A stretch of DNA of 62,737 nt, counting the filler, from Globobulimina sp. (lineage: Eukaryota), in NCBI GenBank assembly GCA_003354225.1. It is 7 parts of 7 records of this genome, joined end to end, with 100 filler letters (N's around TTAATTAATTAA, not from the genome) between each part and the next. Parts side by side here need not be neighbours in the genome. Positions count along the whole stretch, not along the records: positions 1 to 9,006 come from PIVH01000054.1; 6 more parts are not named here. The stretch is one strand, 5' to 3'. Each line of letters starts with the position of its first letter. Within the stretch, counting starts at the first letter, position 1. Shown piece by piece: positions 1 through 9,106 of the stretch. A model generated the notes under the pieces. That model was not told the DNA's origin and did not search any database. It was given only the letters and a program-made list of their open reading frames with translations. The position numbers and the translations under genes are program-made.

Positions 1-514
1 TAAATATTTCTGTAGAAGTTGATGATTCAGCTTTTAATTGAATGGGTATAAAAGTTGACAAATATGTGTTTGTGTGGTAAATTGCATAAATTGATGATAA
101 TCCTAAAATAAATATAATCAATGCAACCAAATAATGTTTCATTGAAAAAAAAGTTGATTCTACCTTTTGTTTCTTAAATTGTGTTAAAAAAAAGTGAATA
201 AAGATAGCCGTTATGGAGATTCCTGGAAATATGGATAAACATATTACTCCAACATCTGGCTGTAAATAGTAGAAACCGCCAAACATTAACACTATAAATT
301 CGTGGAAGGCAAAATATTTCATAAATATTGGTATTGTACATAATGATTCATCCAAAAGAAATTCAATGAACTCTCGATAATAATTAGATTGTTTCACATT
401 CAATGCTTTATTTGAATTAGCAGCGATTGGTTTCAATGAGTTTTCGTCATCATTGAAAGCAATGTGTGGACTGATCGTTATTATCTCGATTGGTAAATGG
501 ATTGGCGTTGACAT
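1..514 (-). CDS. Hypothetical multi-pass membrane protein (3' partial, runs off window start)
   Basis: ATG at 514 opens MSTPIHLPIEIITISPH... with no stop to position 1. About three hydrophobic segments (FIVLMFGGFYYL, VICLSIFPGISITAIFIHFFL, YLVALIIFILGLSSIYAIY). Absent from the ORF track because no stop codon lies in the window. Confidence 0.65.
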   Translation of the reverse strand, partial: MSTPIHLPIEIITISPHIAFNDDENSLKPIAANSNKALNVKQSNYYREFIEFLLDESLCTIPIFMKYFAFHEFIVLMFGGFYYLQPDVGVICLSIFPGISITAIFIHFFLTQFKKQKVESTFFSMKHYLVALIIFILGLSSIYAIYHTNTYLSTFIPIQLKAESSTSTEIF

Positions 515-714
515 TTCTGATTGAGTTGGTTGGTAGTTTTGAGTAACGTTACCTTTAAGAAAATTTAAAAACTAAGAGAAAAGCTTTCTTATTTGTTTTA
601 AAACTGAAATTAATTAGCGGCGTATCATCATAAATTACACAGTAAGTTCAATTATGAATCTATAGTAAAATACAGCTGTAGTTTCATTAAATATTAAACA
701 TAATTATATTATAT

Positions 715-1257
715 TCAAAAGAAAAATTTCCGTGTCCATTCCTGCAACACAACATTTGTATGTTTGTTTGTGATTTGCTTATGTCGATACTTTATGGATG
801 ATTTGAATGTATGGTGATTTAAACATTCTGGAAATAACTCATCAAATATATGATATGCTGTTGTTGGCGAAATGCAATCAAGCATCGAATCATATAGTTT
901 TTTGTCAAAGCATTTTACATTTGCATGACATGTGGTTGTAATTCCACCTTTGATAACATGATTGCATATCACTTCTTGATGCGATTTGTCTGGACATAAA
1001 TCCAATGCCAACTGATGTAATAATAATGCAACTTTGTTATTTATCGAATAACAAGCGGTTTTATCATGATGTTTCGTTTCAATCCATACTGCTGCATGTT
1101 CGCATACTCCAACAAAACACATTGTACAATCATCAGTTGGTATAGGTAGATGTTCGGACAAATAAGAAAAATCATAATGTTCTGTATATATATTGGATGA
1201 TACACAATAGATAGATATTCCAGCGCTCAATAGATTGAATAGAACAATAAAAGACAT
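715..1257 (-). CDS. Hypothetical protein, probable signal peptide, Cys/His-rich
   Basis: 180-aa ORF with a hydrophobic N-terminus (MSFIVLFNLLSAGISIYCVSS); no recognised domain. Confidence 0.6.
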   Translation of the reverse strand: MSFIVLFNLLSAGISIYCVSSNIYTEHYDFSYLSEHLPIPTDDCTMCFVGVCEHAAVWIETKHHDKTACYSINNKVALLLHQLALDLCPDKSHQEVICNHVIKGGITTTCHANVKCFDKKLYDSMLDCISPTTAYHIFDELFPECLNHHTFKSSIKYRHKQITNKHTNVVLQEWTRKFFF

Positions 1258-1311
1258 GGCAGTTTTCTAGACTGGCGACGACAACTTTTACTACAGAATT
1301 AACAGAACAAT

Positions 1312-2142
1312 ATGGAAACACAGTTTATCTCTGTTACAAAATGGTCTGCAGACCATTCTGATATAATGAAGATAATTTTAGATTATCCATCCAAAAGGAA
1401 TTGTTTATCCAAATCTATGATGCTGGAATTAACAAAGACGATAAATGCTATAAACAAAATGAGAAACGTTAAAGTCATTGTATTGACTCATAAACTTAAA
1501 AGCAAAGTCTTTTCTTCTGGACATGATTTGAATGAAATGTATGATAATATCAACAATAAGCAAGAGTTGCAGAAAATATTTAAAATTTGCAATAAATTAA
1601 TGATAACCATACATGAGTCACCAATTCCTATTATTTCAATGATAAATGGATATTGCACTGCAGCAGGATTTGAGTTAGCGCTTTCTTGTGATTTAATTGT
1701 ATGTTCAGCTGCTTCTAAATTCCAAACACCCGGTGTTAATTTGGGTATATTTTGTCATACCCCATCGGTTCAGTTATCCCGAACAATGCATTCAAATAAG
1801 CATACAATGCAGATGCTATTGATTGGGGATTATATTGACGCACAGACTGCATTTAGAATGGGTATAGTTAATTTTGTATGCGACGGTATTGATCAATTAT
1901 ACAATAAAACGCAACAGGTTGCATTAAAAATATGCTCCAAATCGAAGAGTGTAGTCGCATTTGGAAAGCAATCGTATCTTAATCATTCCAAAGAAAAAGA
2001 TTTACAAAATGCATATAAAATAGCATCTAAAAATATGGTTGATAATTTGAGGAACATTACCGATGCAAAAGAGGGAATAAATGCATTTTTAACCAAACGG
2101 AAACCAAAGTGGAGCCATCAAGCTCCGTCATCAAAATTATAA
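1312..2142 (+). CDS. ECHDC3: Enoyl-CoA hydratase/crotonase family protein (ECHDC3-like) with C-terminal PTS1 -SKL
   Basis: Crotonase motifs FSSGHDL, NGYCTAAGFELALSCDL, FQTPGVNLGIFCHTP, DAKEGINAFLTKRKPKW; ends APSSKL. Confidence 0.9.
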   Translation: METQFISVTKWSADHSDIMKIILDYPSKRNCLSKSMMLELTKTINAINKMRNVKVIVLTHKLKSKVFSSGHDLNEMYDNINNKQELQKIFKICNKLMITIHESPIPIISMINGYCTAAGFELALSCDLIVCSAASKFQTPGVNLGIFCHTPSVQLSRTMHSNKHTMQMLLIGDYIDAQTAFRMGIVNFVCDGIDQLYNKTQQVALKICSKSKSVVAFGKQSYLNHSKEKDLQNAYKIASKNMVDNLRNITDAKEGINAFLTKRKPKWSHQAPSSKL

Positions 2143-2273
2143 ATAACATAAAACAAAGTAATACATCACTTTTAACGATATATTAAGATTTACGATATAG
2201 GGGTGGGGTGGGGGTGAACTATCGAAATACCTCATTTCTCAAGTCCAAAGCTGACTAGCTCTTCCTTGTTATA

Positions 2274-2984
2274 ATGGCGACATACACATACATAAGTTTT
2301 TCAATAATAGTGTGTTTAGTTTCATGTCAAATGGTACCACCTCTGTTACCAGAAGAATATACATGCAATGTCATACAAAAAAAATGGAATGTAAATGGTG
2401 AGGATGTAAATCACACATACAGTGGTATATGGTATAGTAGTTATTTACAACAAAAAATCAGATTTGATGGGTTGATGGTAGATAATAATCATACAAACAC
2501 AATCCAAGGAGTTGGATTACAAATATCAATTTTGGATTTTAGTCAAAATGCAAGAGGTGTTAATTATTATTATGGCCGTGATACTTTATCTGATAAAGGT
2601 CAATGTCATACTGGACCAGTTACCGGATTTTTTGCTCCACCAAAAGCAACATTTCTAAAGGATATTGGTGCTGTATTTGCTGGATGGGACTATGATAAAA
2701 ATTATGGTGAATGTCAGAAATGGACTTTTTATCTGATACAATTAGAGGCAATGCAACGAAGTATAACAATACAAGAAGTTATCAAAGATAAAGTATTGAA
2801 TGGTTATCCATATAATCCAACCAGTTTAACATTTTGGATTGATAAATCTGGATCGTTTGTTCGGTGGGATTTAGTTGGTCTAGATTTACAAACTGGAGTA
2901 CAAACATATCAGTATAATATTGTTACAGAGATTGATTACAGCAAATCAACAATCGATGTGTTTGCGTCAAATTGCACTGTCTGA
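2274..2984 (+). CDS. Secreted protein, probable ependymin/LolA-like beta fold
   Basis: Signal peptide followed by PPLLPEEY..VIQKKWN..SGIWYSSYLQQKIRFDG..AVFAG..CQKWTF..LTFWID..VRWD. The fold assignment is inference. Confidence 0.6.
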   Translation: MATYTYISFSIIVCLVSCQMVPPLLPEEYTCNVIQKKWNVNGEDVNHTYSGIWYSSYLQQKIRFDGLMVDNNHTNTIQGVGLQISILDFSQNARGVNYYYGRDTLSDKGQCHTGPVTGFFAPPKATFLKDIGAVFAGWDYDKNYGECQKWTFYLIQLEAMQRSITIQEVIKDKVLNGYPYNPTSLTFWIDKSGSFVRWDLVGLDLQTGVQTYQYNIVTEIDYSKSTIDVFASNCTV

Positions 2985-3070
2985 GATTGTTGATTCCCAT
3001 TAAAACAAACTTTTAATTCAAAACGCAATAAAGGTCATAGTTAACGTTAAAATCCAAAAAAAAGGAGAAG

Positions 3071-5601
3071 TTAATATGATCTACCAAACAACATCCATTT
3101 TTTAGCTTTTTTTTGACATGTTTTATAATGAAAACATTGAATATCTTGATTGGCCAAATCAGACTGTTGTTCTAATGGGATACATAATGCTTTTGCTTTG
3201 CCTGATTGTCCAACACCACTCTTATCCGGCTGACTTGCAAAATATTCCCTTGTTTCAATCTGAATTAAATCTTCACATTCATCTGTATTGCAATGTGGAG
3301 CGAACACAAGTTTACCATTTTGTATTTCCTTCAAAAATTCATCCCATTTTCCAATGGTAACAATATTTGCATCTCTTGCCTCAACTGCTCGTTTATATAA
3401 ATTATCATGAATATCAACCAATAATTGTTCAATTTTACCAACAAATTCATCATCAAAATCAACAGACATTTTCACTAATTTCCCACTTTTCTCTTCTCTC
3501 TCATCTCTCCGTGCCACCATCACCGAATTCTTCTCGATATCTCTGGCACCGATCTCAATTCTGACCGGTATTCCTTTTAATTCCCATTCATTGAATTTAT
3601 ACCCTGGTTTCTTACCAGCTCGATTATCAAAATACGTCCGAATTGGGACCTTTCCACCCACTTTCAATTCCTTTTCAATTTCAAAACACTTTGCATCGAT
3701 AATTTCCGGTTTGATTTTTTTATGATTATAAATTGGCACAATAACGCATTGAATTTGCGCTACTTTTGGTGGTAATATTAAACCCGTATTGTCAGAATGG
3801 TTCATAACCATAACTCCAATACTTCGGGTCGTAAATCCCCAGGAATTTTGGATCACTAGTTTGGTTTCATTATTTTCGTCCAAATAATTGATTTTAAACA
3901 TTTTCGCAAAATTCTTACCCAAACAATGCGACGTTGCGCCTTGAATCCCACGGCCAGAGCCTGGAATATATCCCTCCACAGTGGTGGAATAATCGGCACC
4001 TGGAAAGGTCTCATTCTTTGTCTTAATCCCTTTGATAGTGGGCACAGCACACATTTCTGCATAGGTCCTCGCATACATATCCAGCACAGCATAGACCTCA
4101 TTGTCCGCATCCGCTTGCTTGGCGTGCGCAGTATGTCCCTCTTGCCATAAAAACTCACGAGTGCGTAAAAAGGGGGTTGGATTACTAAATTCCCACCGCA
4201 CCACATTGCACCATTGATTTAATTTTAATGGCAAATCACGGAAAGATCGGATCCATTTCGCAAACATTGGATACATTATAGTTTCAGAGGTTGGCCGCAC
4301 CGCAATCTTCTTATCTAATTTAGTATCGCCTGAATGAGTGACCCACGCCACTTCTGGGTTGAAGTCGGCAAAATGTTTGGATTCCGATTTTAAGGCATCC
4401 TCAGACACAAATAATGGGAAATAGGCGTTGGAAACACCTAATTTTGCAATCTCAATGTCCATAAATTTCTGGATCTCTTGCCAGATGAAATAGGACAATG
4501 GACGCAATACATAACAGCCACTGATGTCTGTATAATCGATTAAATCGCATTTGGTCACGATTTCTTTATACCAATCGCCAAATTGTGTGTATTTATCATA
4601 GGTTATGCCACGAATCTCGTCATCTCGGGCTGCCTGTACTGCTGCACGTGGTTTTGCTTGCTTTGTTTTGTTTTTCTGCTTTAATTTCAGAGCCGTTTGC
4701 TTGGCGGCATCGCCAATATAATCATCGAAATGTACATATTCCGCCACGCCCTTTCCATATTTATTTAAATATGTTTCTAAATCATCGGATTTTATGGCTA
4801 TAGTGGCCTCATTTGTTCCTGGATGGAGCAATAATGTTTTGCCATTTAAATGAGTGTCAATGAGGACCTTAACGATATTTGCCTCATCGAATAATACCGC
4901 CAATGGTGTGATACTGCCTGGTGCCATTTTAAAGGTTAAATCTGGATCGGATACAGTGCGTAAACCACCGCCTACATTTAAATACTTTCCAAGAACTTTC
5001 AATTGAATTTTATCTTTGGAGGCAGGCACAATGACTAAATATTGACATTTCTGTTTGATTCGCTTCTCTGACACTAACAGGTTTTTACATAATACGCCCG
5101 ATAGTGATATTACTTTTGCGTGTTGCTCGCTGGTGGTTACTGGCTATGTAATTTATGGCAGAATTATCAACAGAAAAATTTATGGAAATTTCTTATGGTA
5201 AACTTGATGTGTTTGAGATTGGACATCGATTTTTTGTTCACATAAAGCATCCATAATTTGGGCTGGTAATGAACCAGCATTTGGTTTGTATGACGATGAC
5301 GAGGACGCGGATTGATTGAATGTATTTGATGGCAATGGTTGTGATGCTTGTAATGGCTCAACACCATCAAGATCAATCTGTATTTTTGAGGAAAGTTTGT
5401 ATTTAGAAATGTGATGATAAGTAAAGTTCAGATGTCTTGCAGTATGATTGTGTTTAATAAATGCAATCGAGTGCCGAAATAACTGCAAAAGGTTATCATG
5501 ATTGAAGACATCTAAACCATTAAATTCATAAATACAAATAACGTTACCTTGAGATTGTCGAGATACCCCAATAATCTATCTACACGACTTAGCATTGACA
5601 T
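3071..5601 (-). CDS. ProRS: Prolyl-tRNA synthetase (eukaryote/archaeal type) with N-terminal YbaK/ProX editing domain; 3 exons (5601-5548, 5377-5204, 5143-3071)
   Basis: Catalytic motifs RPTSETIMYP, FLRTREFLWQEGHTAH, GIQGATSHCLG, SWGFTTRSIG; C-terminus FGRSY. ProX motifs H|PVTT, KNL, PGSITP, HPGTNEAT. GT-AG introns 5547-5378 and 5203-5144 join the exons in frame. Confidence 0.95.
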
Positions 5602-5655
5602 TGTTAAAATTGCTTTTTCACTTGAAAGAAATTTATAAATTGTAGCTACAAAACA

Positions 5656-7345
5656 ATGGCAACTTCAACAACAAGAGTATTATTGGCAGATAAAATGGGC
5701 AAATTTGTTCCAGAAACACTAAAGAAAAATGGTTGTGCTGTCATATGGGATCCATCATTGACTGGTGATAGTTTAAGGTATTGTACTCATGACAAGAAAT
5801 GCTACAACTAAGTCAAGCGTTTATTTGGTCAAATACCACGCACTGAATAGTGACACATATTTATTTGGAAATAATCACATAAAAATAAATGGTTATAAAT
5901 ATATTGAATATGTGTTGCTTTTTTTCCGAACTTTTATATATCAAATCCTAAAATCAGATTTGTGTACAACGTACTGGTTCAGTTGTACGTGTTTTTGAGT
6001 CTGATTTTAGGATTTCTAAAATTGTTTTTTTGATGCATATGAATGATATGATATAAACGTTACTAACATTTCTGATCAGGAGAACGTGTATACAATACTT
6101 TAAGAGATAAAATGAAAGAATTTGATCCAAATATTTTAGTTGTACGATCCACAAAAGTTAAAAAAGAACATTTAGACTCTGCACCTTCACTATCATTAAT
6201 TGTTCGGGCTGGCGCTGGATTTAACACTATTGATGTTAATGAAGCATGCAATAAAGGAATATTTGTTGCAAACTGTCCGGGGAAGAATGCCATCGCAGTG
6301 TCTGAGCTTACTATTGGACATTTAATAAATCTCGATCGAAGTTAATATCTTCAAATTAAATCATTTATAATAAATCTCAATCAAATTAACTAATTATATA
6401 TAGGGATTGCTGACAATGTGGCGATGTTAAGAACAGGTAAATGGAATAAAAAAGAATTTGGTAAAGCACGTGGTTTATATGGACGGACCATTGCTGTTAT
6501 CGGAGCTGCCGGAAATGTATACATATATAATATAATAATCTTAATGTGATTGAACAATAACAAATGCAAATAAACAGATTGGCCGTGCAGTATGTAAACG
6601 TGCATTATCATTTGGAATGATTGTACGTGGAATGGATCCTTTCTTAACAAGAGAGCAGGCAACGAAAATGGGTATTATTTATTGTAAAACTGTGGAAGAA
6701 GCTTGTAATAATGTTGATGCCCTCACCGTTCATCTACCACTCTTAAAATCAACGCGCCATATAATAAACAGGAATATATTATCATTATTAAACGACAATG
6801 CATATGTTATTAATACATCGCGTGGTGGCATTGTGAATGAAAAGGATATTTTAGCAATGACAAAAGAGAAGAATTTGAGATATGCCTGTGATGTTTATGA
6901 GAATGAACCAAAATCATCAGATAAAACATTTAAAGATGATGACATTCGTAAAAATGAAAATATTTATGGTACTCATCATATTGGAGCTTCAACGAGTCAG
7001 TCTGCGGATGCTGTGGGCAACGAAACATTGAGAGTGATTCAAACATTTTTAGCTGGCGGAAATGTTGTTAATTGTGTTAATTTGGAACGGCATACAGCAG
7101 CAAAGTTTGCGATAACAATTCGACACAAGGATGCTGTTGGTATATTGGCAAATATATTAAATATATTAAAAAGTGAGAAAATCAATATACAGGAAATGGG
7201 TAATATTGTATTTAAAGGGGCTAAAGCTGCGTGCGTCACACTACATGTTGACAAAAGACCATCACAACGTGCTATTCAACAAATCGATGATATGACTGAG
7301 GTTTATGGAATGAATATCAGTAAACATACTCAATCAAAGTTGTAG
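5656..7345 (+). CDS. serA: D-3-phosphoglycerate dehydrogenase-like 2-hydroxyacid dehydrogenase with C-terminal ACT domain and PTS1 -SKL; 4 exons (5656-5777, 6105-6340, 6404-6516, 6578-7345)
   Basis: VVRSTKV, RAGAGFNTID, NCPGKNAIAVSE, Rossmann VIGAAGNIG (across an intron), INTSRGGIV, DVYENEP, THHIGAST, ACT domain HKDAVGILANI. All three GT-AG introns are phase-compatible. Ends QSKL. Confidence 0.9.
5943..6015. repeat. Intronic inverted repeat / hairpin
   Basis: AAATCCTAAAATCAGA (5943-5958) is the exact reverse complement of 6000-6015. Inner GTACAAC (5964-5970) pairs with GTTGTAC (5982-5988). Confidence 0.85.
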
Positions 7346-7543
7346 GGTATGGTGCAACCCTTTGTCCAGTAATATAACATATTTATAATTACCTTATTAA
7401 TAGTTATTATATTATCAATATTTCAGTAGTAATTTGGTGCGCTAGTACTGTAACAGTGTGACTTGATTTTTTGCTTGAAATCGGATTTACAAATAAGAAT
7501 TTACAAAACACCAACAAAAATGCACGCGATTGATTATTATTCA

Positions 7544-8728
7544 TTATTGCGTGGAAGAGTCGTTTAATGCAACACAAGTAACACCTTTAGTATGATCTTC
7601 ATAAGTAATAATTTTTTGTCCTTTTTTAACATCCCATAATTTGGCAGTTTTATCAGACGACGCAGACACTAAATAAGCAGAATCCGCACTAAATGCCATG
7701 TCCCAAACCCATTTCCGATGTCCTTTCAACTCAGATTGCAATTTAAAATTCTCGTTGACATTAAATATCTTAACAGTATGATCCGAGGAACACGTCGCTA
7801 AATATCTGGAATCTGGCGACAATTTGCATTGTAAACAATAGGTATCGTGTGCTGATATTTTATGCGTAAGAGTATACATTCCATTTTTATCAGCACGTGA
7901 ATTATGTGTAGTTACCAAATGTTTTAAATCATTTATATTTTTCATCGATGGTTGATTGATATTACTTATATGATCGTATTTATATTCAGCTGCAGAAACA
8001 GCATTTGTTTGGTCCGATTTGTTAGCAACATTCGCATTTGCATTGTTTGCCGATGATGGCTTATAAATGTAGCAGGTGCCTCTATTATTGGCAGCAATAA
8101 TCATATTCGCATCGGATGAAACAGTGACAGATCGAATGGGAATATTTTTTCCTTCGGGTTTCCACGATGTGCGTAATTTATCAGCGGCAATATCATATAT
8201 TGCAACTGTGCCTGATTGATCACAACAGATAATTTCGCCTTGATTTGGATGTAAAACAGCACAGTTTACAAATGTTTTCTTATCTGAAATTAATTTGTCC
8301 CGTTGACAGACACCGCTACGTTTGTCCCAGATTTTGATACTTCCGTCTTCTGAGGCACTGAATAACCATTTTTGATGGATGGGGAATCCTATCGATATTA
8401 CATTGTTGGTATGACCTTCAAATGTCGAGATTGCTTCTCTGCTAAATTGTGGTTGTAATTGATATAATTTTATGGTGGAATTGCCGCCCGCAGCTAAATA
8501 CTTTTTATCTGGTGATATGACCAATACATTTACTTGAGAATCTCCAGTTGATATTTGCCTATTACATATCCCCGTGGGTGCCTCCCAAAATCTTATTTGT
8601 CTGTCATATCCGGAGGTGCATAATAATACAGATTCGTCTTTATTATGTGAAGATGATGACGGTCCATGCTGTTGATGCTGTGCTGCATATGCTGCTTTTT
8701 GTTGTTGGTTTAGTTTTCTGTTTGCCAT
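7544..8728 (-). CDS. LST8: TOR complex subunit LST8 (WD40 repeat)
   Basis: VLLCTSGYDRQIRFWEAPTGIC, DSQVN, HPNQGEII, AANNRGTCY, HRKWVWDMAFSADSAYLVSASSD, HTKGVTCVALND. Confidence 0.95.
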   Translation of the reverse strand: MANRKLNQQQKAAYAAQHQQHGPSSSSHNKDESVLLCTSGYDRQIRFWEAPTGICNRQISTGDSQVNVLVISPDKKYLAAGGNSTIKLYQLQPQFSREAISTFEGHTNNVISIGFPIHQKWLFSASEDGSIKIWDKRSGVCQRDKLISDKKTFVNCAVLHPNQGEIICCDQSGTVAIYDIAADKLRTSWKPEGKNIPIRSVTVSSDANMIIAANNRGTCYIYKPSSANNANANVANKSDQTNAVSAAEYKYDHISNINQPSMKNINDLKHLVTTHNSRADKNGMYTLTHKISAHDTYCLQCKLSPDSRYLATCSSDHTVKIFNVNENFKLQSELKGHRKWVWDMAFSADSAYLVSASSDKTAKLWDVKKGQKIITYEDHTKGVTCVALNDSSTQ

Positions 8729-8857
8729 TGTTATTCAGCTAAGGTTTTTTAAAAATATGAGGTAGTTTATATGCACGGATTATTATAACACTCAAATATT
8801 TTTTATTAATATTAATAATAATAATATTAAACAATAAACACCATTTCAATTCAATTG

Positions 8858-9006
8858 CTATTTGTTGTTCATTTGGTGTTTTTTGATGTTTGCTTGCATT
8901 CTTTTTGAAATTTTTTGTTCCTCAGTTTTGGCTTTATCGAGTTGTTGTTTTTGTAATTCATCAATTTTTATTAACTGTCTATCAATTGCAATATTCTTTG
9001 GTTCTA
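8858..9006 (-). CDS. C-terminal fragment of a gene, possibly a TPR-protein capping helix (5' partial)
   Basis: Open frame EPKNIAIDRQLIKIDELQKQQLDKAKTEEQKISKRM...NK* from the contig edge to TAG at 8860-8858. Confidence 0.5.
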
Positions 9007-9106
9007 NNNNNNNNNNNNNNNNNNNNNNNNNNNNNNNNNNNNNNNNNNNNTTAATTAATTAANNNNNNNNNNNNNNNNNNNNNNNNNNNNNNNNNNNNNN
9101 NNNNNN
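9007..9106. other. Artificial contig spacer
   Basis: N44-TTAATTAATTAA-N44; stops in all six frames. Confidence 0.99.

Noticed and set aside
2200-2216. G-rich tract as a G-quadruplex or telomeric repeat
   Set aside because: Only three G runs and no tandem telomere unit.
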